Below, in pieces: positions 52,031-64,000 of a stretch of DNA of 64,000 bases. The notes beneath the pieces were generated by a model, which did not search any database, had not been told where the DNA came from, and worked only from the letters and a program-made list of their open reading frames with translations. Origin of the DNA: Geosiphon pyriformis uo1 (taxonomy: Eukaryota; Fungi; Glomeromycota); assembly GCA_016748015.1 (NCBI GenBank), contig JAAOMT010000276.1, positions 558,001 through 622,000 of the forward strand, read 5' to 3'. The translations under genes and the position numbers were made by a program. Position 1 is the first letter of the stretch, and each line of letters opens with the position of its first letter.

Positions 52031-54402
52031 ATGGACAAGTTTGTAACAAAGACAAGAGGTATCTTTTCAGATCACCTAAAACTCTGAATAGTCAAACTGT
52101 TACTCTTAAGGGCAGCTCATGTTCACTCAAAACTCCCCTCTCTTACATAAATGAACAAACTCAAGCCTCGGCTACTTCCACTAAGAAAGGCATTAACTCT
52201 GTTGCAATAGTCTCAGAAATTACTACCAAAACTGTTTCTCTCTCGTCCAAGCGACGGCAGTCCGTCGGGGAGGTTGAAGAAGAAATTAGCAAGAAGGAAG
52301 CGAAGACTGGTGAGTTGAAACTGTCAAAAATAATGGGGTAGGAGTGAGAATATAAAAACGTTTTGGCAAATCTGGACAAATCATTCTGATTAAAGATTAC
52401 TGGATTATATCGTTCCTCCATTGTAAAAAATTCTTATGCACCTTTATAGGGACTGTATCACGCACTTTCTCCATCTTCTCTTCAAAACCCAATATACAGT
52501 GGAGGGAACATGAGACCCTGTTAATTGGTGTGCACCTGACTTCTGACTGTGGTAAGTTGGAAGGACGAGCTAAAATTTCAAGCTTTGATTTGGTGAGCTC
52601 AAGTTTAAAATTTAATTTAATTTAATTATTATCTTTGAGAATTCAATTATTTTCAGACCATAAATACCAATAATTTTCTTTAGGATTGTACTTTAATCAA
52701 AGTCAAGGGAAATTCCAGATATCCAAAGGATGAGAATGACTGGGTATGGTGGAATAAGAAGGTCCCCCAAGTTTTAAAACAACTTTGCGATGATGAGTTA
52801 AGATCTTATCACTTTTTTATTGGCTAATTTATATTATCAAAACTGTAATATTTTTTTGTGTTGATCAATAGTTTTAAAATTGTCATATTCAGCAATCAAG
52901 GAGGATTGACAGCAGGCAAATCAACAGCCGAAAGAAAGCGAAAAGAATTTAAAAACAAGATTAAACATATAGGGGATAAGGTTCACGTTTTGTCTATATA
53001 AATTTTGAACTCGGCTTGTGATATATATCTTATGGCGACATCTTTGATTTCCTTGAAAGTAGCTAGACATTCCCTTTCAGATATTTGTTGGGACCGCGGT
53101 AGATAATTATCGGAAACCGATGACTGGTGGCTGGGATTATTTCATAAAAAATGAAAATGCTGGAGTGGTAATTGGTAAGTGACGAAATCAATAATTTAAT
53201 TCAAGATTCATTTTTTTGATTAGCATTTTCGTGGTGATTTCAATAGATAAAGAAAAGAGTTTCTATTGTGGAGATGCCGCTAGTCGTGCAGCTGGTTGGA
53301 AAGATGGGGCATCAAGGGATTGGTCTGATACTGATCGGTTAGTAAGATTTAGGAAACCTTATTTATTACCCAAAATCACTAATCTAAAATGTCTATATTA
53401 GAAAGTTGGCCGAAAATATCGGTATTAAATTTTTTACACCGGAAGAATTATTTGATAATGAGAAATCAGCACCTTATTCTTTTGAATTCAATCCAAAAAA
53501 TTACCCACGCGCTGGTAACCTTATTCGTAAAAGTCTATTGCTCGGTTTTGTTAATCCAAAAAACAACAATCTTAGTTTTATTTATTTAGAAAATATATTC
53601 GCATCTTTGTTACATAATCATAAAAGATGTGAGATGGTTGTGTTTGTTGGATATCCCGCCAGCGGAAAATCTACTGTTGCACGGTTCTTGGTTTCAAACG
53701 GTTACATTTCTATAAATATGGTATGTCTATCCTATGCCACCAAGCAATGGATATTTTTCCACAATTTGAATTACCTCATCCCAATTTCGTGTTGTTAAGG
53801 ATAATCTGAAGAGTAAGGCTAAATGTATCAAGTTTTGTGAACAAGCACTAATGGAAAAGCGGGCTGTTGTTATTGGTAAGGTTAGATTCTAAGTATCTGA
53901 ATTTTATACAAGACTCGTTCCTGACAATAATTATTCCCCAGACAATACAAACCCGGATATCGAAAGTCGGAAAAACTACATCGACCTTGCTAAAAAGCAT
54001 AGAATTCCCGTTCGCTGTTTCTGGTTCACTGCTTCAGAGGCTCTTTCAAAGCATAATAATATGTTTCGGGCATTTGGGGATCCTCAGGTTATTGCAATCA
54101 TTCAAAATTTGAGTATTCATTGCTTTTTGTGCACTCACATAAATTCTTGGCTAAATATAATAGTCAGATAAACCAAAAGTCGTGATACCGGAGATTGCAT
54201 ACAATATCTATAATTCTCGTTTCATGGAACCCCAGTTAAAAGAAGGTTTTGAAGAGGTATTTTATCTACATTTATCTATAGTTAATGTCGTTTTTAGAGC
54301 ATTTATTAAAAATGAAATCTCTGGGAAAAGATAAAGCGAATCGACTTTCTGTTCGAAGGCGATGATCAGAAACGAGCACTTTGGGAGAAGTGGTACATAT
54401 AG
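52031..54402 (+). CDS. PNKP: Bifunctional polynucleotide 3'-phosphatase/5'-kinase (multi-exon; start inferred)
   Basis: HAD motifs FDLDCTLI, FSNQGG, RKPMTG, CGDAASR, DTDRKLAENIGIKFFTPEE. Kinase motifs GYPASGKST, VIDNTNPD, HNNMFR, EPQLKEGF. Stop at 54400-54402. Confidence 0.93.
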
Positions 54403-54553
54403 GTGACTAAGCGAGTGGCATTAAGTGGCTTATTGATAGACCATGAAATTTAGGGGCTAGAAGTTTAGACTCTAGAAATAGCCTTGAAATATAATTTAGA
54501 AGTATTTATTGTATAATATTATTACACATGCGAGTTGAAATTTGCCTCTCAAT

Positions 54554-55682
54554 TTAACTAAAAGCCCCGTGTGCGGCCTTTTCAAGAATTTGTTCGAATT
54601 CTTCATCAAGAACCGGCTGGCCGCACCACATTACTTTATTGTTTACCAAAATAAAAGCAGTCGGAATTCCCGGAGAGCCACTCGGCTTGAATAATCCTGC
54701 AAGAAAAGTTTTCAAAAGTGCTATATTTCTGGAAATTTTTTTTCTTCGAAATTAATGCAAGAGTTCCCCATTAACTATACTCACCTTTCTTAGCCGTCTT
54801 TTGTCTATCAATTGCGACTGAATAATCCATCTGATCGCCCTTTTCGTTCACGAATTCAATCACTTGCTAGAGTATTCGAATAAATTTAAGAGATCAGATG
54901 CGTATAAAAAACCCAATGCACGTGCGCCTTACATCTTCCTTCTTCTCATTTGTGATCCCCAGTACTTTGACACCTCGATCTCGATATTTGGCTTGGACCT
55001 TGGTTAGATGTGGTATGCTTTTTGAAGGTTTGTTTGTTTTTAACTTTATGGAACACTTTGATGATGATAAAGAAAAGGGGCGATTTTTACACAAGATGAG
55101 TTTTTGAATAGCTGCTTACGTTTCACGACCTGGATAAGAAATCCAGATGCAGGTAAGGTACATGGATCAATAGTATATTCCAGTAAGCGTTTTATGTGAA
55201 TTATGAATGGGAAAAAAGGGAAAATTTTAGTTGTGGGTGGGAGATTTTCGATCAAGATTAAAAACGAGAAGCAGATTCTAGTCGCTAGGATTCTAGATCC
55301 TCAAGAGAATTGCGCGTGGTCACATTATGCAAATTGGAAGTTTCCAAAGGGCCAAATTATATAGAAATTGTTCGCGAATTTTGATTTCACAAATATTGTC
55401 AATATGACTAAAATAGTCTCGTAATGGGCTATTTTATACTGCTTCACACATTTCTCCCTTTCCAACATGAAACTTATTTAACTTTTTTATTTTCCATAAA
55501 AAATTCCCTACTACTTTCGCTATGTGTTACTACTACTAACACGGTAAACACCAGGTAGCCCAGAACTCCACTACCATTATAGAATGAGAGCCGTCGGTAG
55601 GAAGAGACCCGCCCAAGATTATTGGGTCGCCTTTTATAAAGGTAAGGTCATCTATCAGAGGGCAAATCATGCCTAGTGACAT
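54554..55682 (-). CDS. TlpA/redoxin-like thioredoxin-fold protein (WCLPC), 5 exons including a 10-nt microexon
   Basis: Exons 55682-55541, 55129-55120, 55017-54933, about 54866-54785 and about 54696-54554 give VVEFWATWCLPCRETIPHL..VLGITNE..MDYSVAID..GIPTAFIL..VMWCGQP. Confidence 0.88.
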
Positions 55683-57509
55683 TTTCTGGAGAAATAAATC
55701 GATGTAGGAAAAGTGATTATATATCCAGCATAATCCGATTTGGGTTTCACAACAGTTAGCATAGATTTTTCCCAAAGGAATATCAGTTGTAAAATATTTA
55801 AATATCTCTTTTAGTTTCTGGAGTTTCGTGTTTGCATAGTCCAACCTTTCGTTGGGCGCTCTAAACTATTTTCTAATGGTCGCGAGAACGCCTATTTTGA
55901 GCTCCCTGTCAAATGGAGACTTCCGGATTTTCTAGGATGGACAATTTCTAATTATACCACAATTTGATAAATTATTTTATAAGATTTGTTATATAAACAA
56001 AAGTTTTATAATCTTGGCCAATATAACCAAAATGTTTTTTTATTATTCTAAATATTTTTTTAATTTGATTAAATGTGTTGTTATTCCAATCCAATAATTA
56101 TTATAATCTTAAAAGAAATTTGGCTAATTTTTGTTGTTGAAAAAAAAAATTTTAATTTTAATTAGTCGTATATATGTTATAAACTTGTTTTCAATCACTT
56201 AATTTGAGTAAAATAAGCAATTGCTATTTATTACTCCTTTTTGAATAGTCTTTAACAATAAAAGTCTTAAATATAATAACCAAATATTTAAAATTCAATT
56301 TAAGTTTTAATTTGTATTTTTTTAAATTAATTAAGTTTAAATTTAAATTTAATAATTTAATATGTTTAAAGTTATTAGTTTTTGAAAAAAAAAACAATGA
56401 GAACTAAAATTAAATATACTTAAAAGAAATATAATACTGTTATTGGATAGAGTTTTGAAATTAATTTTTAAATTAAATGTTCTGTTTTTGCCTGTTTTCA
56501 AATATTTATTGCTGCTTTTTTATTGATAATAATTTTTAATTTAAAAATAATTTTAAATAAAAACTTTAAAGAGTTATATAATTTATTATTTTCGAAATTT
56601 AAAATTCCTAGTCTTTTTATATCTAAATTAGATAATATTATCAAGATTAAATACTTTGTTTGCTAAAAATAAATTTAATATTGTTTTTTTAATTTAAAAG
56701 GTTGCTATTTACAATATACATAGTATAAACAATCTAGTTAAACAAAATAATATTAAATAATATATAAAAATAAAAAATTCTATTTTAATTATTACAAAAA
56801 TTAAATTAAATAATTATATTAAATCTTAGATTATAAACAAATTTAAAAAAATTAAAATATTTATTTCTAAAGTTGATTTAAGTTATCTAAATTTAAAGTT
56901 ACAATTATTATTTAAATAATATTGTAAAATATATTTATAAAGTTTTTAAAACAGCTTGTTAACTCTTATTAATTTGTTTACTTTTTAGAAACTGGTTTTT
57001 TATTATAAATTTAAATTTATATGTTGAAACTTTTATTAAACCAATAAATAAAAGCTTTTTTGTAATTTTGAATAATAATTACAACAAAAATAACTTTAAA
57101 AAAATTAAATTTCAAATAATATTTAAATTTAAATCTTATAATTCTTTGGATAACAACTTTTTGGTTAATATTTTAACATAAAACAACTTTAAAAATATGA
57201 AAAAAACAATTAATTATTTGTTTATTAATAAAAAATTATTAAATTTTATTGTTAATCAAAATGTTTACAAGATAAATAAGTTTTTTAACACAAATTATCA
57301 AATAGTTTTAACATTTTTAAATTTAAAAAAACTATTAAATTTTGGTTTATAAGCAAACTGATAAAAATAAATAGAAATTTAAAATTATTAAAATTAAATT
57401 TAAGAATAAAATTAGTTTGATTTGTTTTTATCTAAAATATTAAATTGTTTAAATAAGTTTTTTTTAGCTAAAAATGCTAAAAATACTAAAAATTAAAATA
57501 TTATGTGAA

Positions 57510-60500
57510 TTATTATTTTTTATTAACTTTATAAATGTAATCTAACTACTACTTAAGAATATACAATTATATAAGATCTTATATTAAGTATAACTCATGC
57601 TTTTTTTATATATAACCAGTTATTTAAGCCAATTAAAACAGTATTATACACTTAAATTACTTATTATAAAGAAATTATATAAAAAACTAAATTGCATATT
57701 GGTTAATTAAAGATATAAACCAAAACAAACATAAATATCTAGCTTAATACCAAAATCTTGAATCATTTTATAAAACTACATGAAAGCCAACCTAACTATG
57801 GCAAGAATTATGAATTTATTATATGATAATAAACTATGTTTTTTATAATGTACTTTCAATTTGGTTATTAATAACCATATGACAGATTTATAACTCTTAG
57901 TAAAACACCAGACTAAATTAATGAATAATAATTTATTACCTAATTTATCTTTTAACAAACTTACTATATTATTTATTTAATTTTTTATTACAAAATTTTT
58001 AGTTAATAACATATATAAACAATTAAAAAATTCAACTTTACAAAAAGAATGAATTATTATACAGTTAGCAATATAAGTATTTAATAAACCAGTCTATTTT
58101 CTAATAGTATTTGAAATCAAATTTTTTCTGACATAATCATTGTGTACATATAAGAACATATGATCTGATTTTTTATCAACTTATACTAAATGTACAATAC
58201 ACTAAAATAATTCAGATTGTATAATTTTTTTTTGGCTATAAGTAGTTAGTAATATAAGGTCTTTATAAAATAGGAATACAATATTGCAAAAGCAAAGCTT
58301 GTAAAATTAGACTGAACTCAATTATCAGAGTTCATATACTGAAAGTTTAATGTACATTAAAAAAATTGTAAAGAGATTTGTTCACAATATTATCTGTATA
58401 CTTAAATTTCTAATCAACAAAACTAATAGTTTTAAACAAATTTCTAACAAAATAACAAGTGTTTTCAGAGACAGGTTTGTCTTCTACTGCAAAAAAGTAA
58501 TGTGATATCTTAATAAATAGTGTGAAATTAGACATAGTGGCAGTATTAGCAAAAAAATCTGCATATTTATTGTCAACAACACTAAAATGGCCCTTGACTT
58601 TGTTTTAGTCAATTAACAGATTCTTTGACACAATAATTTAACAAATATATTTCCTTTCTATTTAACATTTATTGTAAAAGTCAGGTTTAACATTTTGTAA
58701 TTAGAACACACATATTCAATAATATTTAATTATTTGTAAACAATTCTACCAAATTAGACACAAAAATACAGTTCAAAGCAAAAACAATGGTCTGTATTTC
58801 TACAAGAATTGAGAAAAGCAAGCCATAAATCCTAATACTTATACTTATATCAACATTTAAAAAATAAGCAACAGCACTATTGTGAACATTTATAAATTCT
58901 AAATTCTTAACTGATTCATTTGTATAAATAACCACTTTATTAATACTTTTTTCTATAAGACACTTCTTAATAAAGCCAACATTGTATAGACAATTACTGA
59001 GAATAAAACAATATATCAAAATACAACTGTTATTTAAACCATTATTTTTAATAAATTTGGCCAGCAAACTAAACTATTCAGAAATCAAACTCTTAAAATT
59101 CAGTTTTTTTTATTTGTAAAACATATTCTATATAAAGCATGTGCTGTAATGATCCAAAAGCTGGTTTGTAAAAACAATACCAAATCTTTTAAGTTAACTT
59201 ACTATCTTTATATAATGTTCCAATTCCAAGACATCTGTAATAATAATATTATTACCAATTCAAAACATATTAAGTATGTTATTGTTCAAAAACAAACTAC
59301 ATAATATTAAAGTATTTGTTACATTTGTCAAAAAGCAATTTATAGAAGTAATTAATAGCATAATTGAAAACCTAAAAGATTGTCAAGACATTCAATTGAT
59401 AGTTTGCAGATTTATGACTCTATGTTTAAACAAATTGCCAAAAATGCTCTTTAAATTGGTATAGATTATTAAATTAACCAGTGAGTTTTCTGTCTGCATT
59501 TGTTTAAATGATTTAAAATTGTATAACTTGAGATAAAAAATAATTTCACTGAAAAAATTCTTAAGTAGATTGATTTTGAGTTTTAATTTTTTATTCAGCA
59601 TTTTATTATATTTTTCATATATATTTATTAACACATGACTAAATTGTAGTCTATAATCAATTATAGACTGCAAAACAGCAAACATTAAGTACGAAAATTG
59701 TTTATTAAAAACAGCTTTTCTTAGAACCAGATTGATAAAAAATTTATGTCTGAATGCATCTTGACAATACTTAAACAAAAAAATTTTCTGTAGACAAAAA
59801 AATGCCCAGATATTAATAAGCTTTACTCTTTTTTGCTATTGAAATATTTGACTCACTTATTATTAAACAAAAATTTTTTACTTTTCAATTGATGAAAATA
59901 ACAATTGTTTTATTTGTGTTAATTAAAATATTATTAAAATGAAAAAATTTGTTAGCTATGTTCAAAATACACTGAATAGCAAACATGCTGTTTCTAATTC
60001 AGATTGTGTTATTTACAAAAACTCCAGCTGTTATAAAAGATGTTTTGCTATTTCTAAGATTCTGTTTGCCAGTTCATGTAAAAAACTTAAAATTAATTCT
60101 GTAATTATGTATATAATTATGCTTTTTAACTTTACAAAATAAAGAGTTATAGAAAATTCTTTACAGTAGTAGTGAGAAGACTTTATTCTAATCTAGTTTA
60201 TTATGTACTGTATACTTTGCTATAAGTTCAAAATCTGTTATTACTTAATTGATTTGATTATTATATATATTTTTAAAAAACCTAATAAAATGGGAACATA
60301 TTTTGATTCTAGTCAAACTGCTTTTTAATTAATATTACCTAACAGAATCATATGCTTTGTATATATTTTGAAAAACCAACTATAGTTTTTTGCCTTTTTC
60401 TAATGCATCTTCAATCACAAAACCAACAGCAAAAATTGGAGTTTGAATAAATGTGCTTTTTAAAACCAAGAAATTATTATCATGTAAAATGTTAAATCTA

Positions 60501-61523
60501 CTACATGCTAAAAAAATTCTGTCTAAGAAAAGCTTTAACAAAATTTTTCAAGTAGTTTCAATTAAAGCTATTGGCTTAATATTAGTAAAAGTTTTTTTTT
60601 TAGTTATATGATTTCAGTATTATGGAGATCCAAACTTTTTTTTATTATATAAAAACTGTAGTTAATTCTAAATACACATTAGAAATATTCAATAAACCAC
60701 CCAAAACTTGTATATTACTATGTTTCTAAAGCTTATTGGAGATATCAAAAAGACCAGCAGCTTTTCTATTAAACAGATTCTTAATTATCTGTAAAAATTT
60801 ATTAAAATTAATATTATATATTATCTTTGAGAAAACATTATTGTTAATATAGTTTAAAAAGACATATTAATTGAACTACTGGTTTGTCAAAACACTAAAT
60901 ACTACATATTTTCTTGTCTATTTTTTTATAATTATGTTAATATTAGATTTAATTTTACTAAGTTCTAGTTATTTTTTACCAGATAATTGAGCACCACTTT
61001 TTAAACTAGATGCTCCAAAACATTTCTAATTATGTGCTCTTTATTAGATCAAAAGTTTTTTATATGTTTTTCTATTGCTTTTTTAATAAGATTATTTCTG
61101 ACAATCCTGAATTAATAATACTTAGATTTGCAGTACTTTTTTTTGATGCTTAACAAGTAACATAGAATTTTATTTGTCTTTTCATTACTGCCAATTATGA
61201 TATCTGCTTTAAAGACTTTTTTTTTATCAATAATAGTTCAAATATTAAAGAAATAATCAGTTTCTAAAGAACAGTTTATATTCAAACTTTTTATAATCTT
61301 GGTTACTAATAGTTTTAGCTTAAAAAATTTGGATAATTGCTTGTTTTTTAAACACTCATATTTACTAAATCAATGTTTAGAGAAAATTTTATTAGTAAAA
61401 TCTACTACCACTTCTTTTAAAATTTCTTATATTATATCTAGATCTTTATAGTTTCTTATATCATTGAATTTTGTTCTATTTAATAAAAACTTTTTTAGAG
61501 AACATTTTTTAAACTGTAACTAC
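57510..61523 (-). mobile_element. Decayed LINE (L-h), ORF2 3' two-thirds, interrupted at 61524 by an LTR element
   Basis: 3'UTR at 57510-57650; VIYTNESV, FFINLVLRKAVFNKQFSYL and AGVFVNNTI*. Confidence 0.88.
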
Positions 61524-62542
61524 TGTTATCCGAATAGAAAAACCAATTCAAAGTTATGAAAAAACATGACCAAAACGTGACATAACACAAAATAGTGTAC
61601 AATAATATTAAATAATACATTATAACTTAGAATAATGCAGAATAATACAACACAATATGAAATAACACAGAATAACATGTAATAATACCAGATAATGTAT
61701 TATAACATAAGATAACTAGTGATAATGTAAAAGAATAAAACAATAACAGAAATAGCAAAGCAATAGTTAGCAATAATAAAACAATTAAAAGCAATTCTGT
61801 AAAACAAAAAAATGTATAAAAATGAGTAGATGTAGAAGTTAGAAAGATAGAAACCACTAAACAAGAATCAAATATTCTTACTCCTTTCACCATTTATTCT
61901 ATTCCATATTCATCTTCTGAAATAAATTAATTATTAAGAAATCAGGATTATGAATTTATGTTCTTAAACTTTGTGAACTTTATGTGAATTAATTATTATC
62001 TCGTACTTTTGTCTCAAGACAGATGCTCCTAATATAACTACCTTGAATTATTAATAATTTAAACCAGTCACTCTTAATCATGACAATTGATGATACTAAT
62101 TCATCTTCTTTTATTTTTTTTTATTTTTTTTATTTTATTTTTATTTTATTTTTTCTTGTGGAGTGGCAACATATTAAAATTGACTGTCTGGGAATAGACT
62201 TTGTGATAGTCTGGTAAAAAAAAGAAGCTCCCCTTAAGTTTTGGATATTAACATTATCTTGGTAATTTACTAGAAAGGTAAAAAAACAATGCCAGACCTT
62301 AATGACTGCACTTATTAGCTTGGAAAAGATAGCTTACATTTATAAGAAGTTGTAATCAGCAAAAGCTAAACCTCTATGTCTTATAACCAAAGAACTTAAT
62401 GAGTAAATTTACAACCAGTAAATAAGACCTTCAGAAACTGATAATCAAGACTAAGTCAATGGAATTATGCAAAACATGCTTATTGATAATTGAGAACACC
62501 AAACATTACTATTTTTTTACTTCATCAAGTTTACTTATAATA
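61524..62542 (+). repeat. 5' LTR of Gypsy B
   Basis: TGTTATCC..TATAATA (decayed TAACA). Shares the start, the T-tract, the ggagtggcaaca block and the 3' end with the solo LTR. Confidence 0.9.
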
Positions 62543-64000
62543 TTTGGTGTTCCTTATAAGGTTATAAAATTCACAGAGACAGAGCATTCTGAAAATTCAC
62601 AAAAGTGGCAACTATTAGAACAATAGAAAAGGACCACTTTTTATATAAAAGAGCATTATTTCAATATTTTCAGAAAGACTTAGAAATATTATAAGAAACC
62701 ATTTATGCAGAAAGCAATTTTTGTAACTATATTAATGCAAAAATTAACTGTCTGTTAGGCTGCTCAACAGATACAAGAAGGCTTGAAGAACAAATTCATT
62801 AAAACTTATTAGGATATTCAACAACTACTACTACCTGAGCAATTACTGAAACTTTGTGCATAATTGATACAGACATTAAATATTACATAACACAACAATT
62901 CCCTCAAGTACAACAACCAGTGGAATCCGACTCTGAAAAATATGAATATGAATCCAATAACTTCACAACTGCTCAAGCCAAGTCTATGATCAACAAAAAA
63001 CCAAGATTCTTCTCCCCAACAACTCCATTATACCATCAGATACTGAAAAGTAGAATTGTATTTAACTCAACCACAGAAACCCAGACAGAAACATTACAAA
63101 CTCCTGGAAATTAACATCTGTGGGATCACAACAGTTGGAACAGATTCTTAAGAGAATACAGATTGTTGTTTAAAAATCTAACCCTTACAGCTAGTAAAAC
63201 AAGAGGAAACATATCAACTTGGGAACCACTAATAGCACAAACTCTAGCAAAATCAGTAACTACATCAATAGAAAAAATGTCTATTAAACAACCAAGTAGC
63301 TTCAATAAAAAAAAACAATCAGCATTAATACCAGAAGAACATCTTAGCACACAAACACCAAACCTCTTAGTATCAATCAATAAGACTCTACCTACTCACC
63401 AGATTATGGCCTATTGAGATATTGCCAAATTAGAAAAATTCTTGGAGAAAGAAGACAATACATATTTGTAGATTGCAGAAGCCAAGAAAGCAATTACCAC
63501 TAACAATTAAGATGATAATAAAGCTATTTAAACACTGCCATTCTTTTTGACTGGAACTGCAGATTCATGGTATTAAAGCCTAACAGAAAAATCCACTGAC
63601 TTCCCCACCTTTAAACTTGTCTTTCTACAATACTTTTGCGATTCCAATACTCTTATCAGATTACAGAATCAATTCAGCATAATAAAACAAAAAGATCATG
63701 AAGCAGTGACTACTTATCTTGGACAATTTAACCAAATCTTTCATCAAATACTGGCAATTGAAAGGGACTACTACACCACAGCACAAGTTTTTAATCAATT
63801 TGTCAAAGAACTAAGGAACAGCTTCCTAAGATCCATGAGATTCTGACATCTAATAAATCTACAAGACACTATCACTTTTGCATGCAATTTTGAGTCAGCC
63901 AAGCAAAAAGCTAACCACACTTAAGCCATTAATTTAGCCATCAATAGAATCTTTGATATTGATGCAAAAATAACCCAATTAAGTAAAAAATTAATTCAAA
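61524..64000 (+). mobile_element. 5' part of a Gypsy family B element (LTR, PBS, gag), runs off the window
   Basis: LTR homologous to the solo LTR 17192-18181; PBS TGGTGTTCC at about 62545; gag motifs FFLTGTADSWY..FKLVFLQYF and IKQKDHEAVTTYLGQF. Confidence 0.92.

Noticed and set aside
52031-54402. PNKP as part of the hypermutation system
   Set aside because: It is an ordinary housekeeping repair gene; proximity is the only link.
55960-57500. Possible decayed gene or DNA transposon
   Set aside because: I could not recover motifs, terminal repeats or homology to other parts of the window, so it is left unassigned.

Overview
Eukaryotic fungal DNA. It is most likely Glomeromycotina; the transposon proteins resemble ones I recall from Geosiphon pyriformis, but this is unverified. 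About 55 kb is a nested retrotransposon graveyard. It holds at least 8 copies or fragments of one LINE superfamily (ORF1 with RRM-like and CCHC motifs; ORF2 with APE endonuclease, RT, RNase H and a zinc finger), including one full-length, frameshift-free copy at 27.2-34.1 kb. It also holds a complete but inactivated Ty3/Gypsy element (9691-20565) with unusual architecture: a Cys-rich domain plus dUTPase inside pol, an apparently separate integrase ORF, and an intact extra ORF before the 3' LTR. A solo LTR, the 5' end of a second Gypsy family and a possible third LTR family are present, as are several extremely AT-rich ghosts of an ORF1-only, LINE-tailed element. All repeats show graded, almost purely C:G>T:A decay (RIP-like), with the most extreme decay in the oldest layer. 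A compact gene island at 47.3-55.9 kb (SAR1, an LRRC40-like gene, PNKP and a TlpA-like thioredoxin) keeps normal CpG content and intact spliced ORFs. Boundaries of the heavily decayed elements are approximate and were read by eye.
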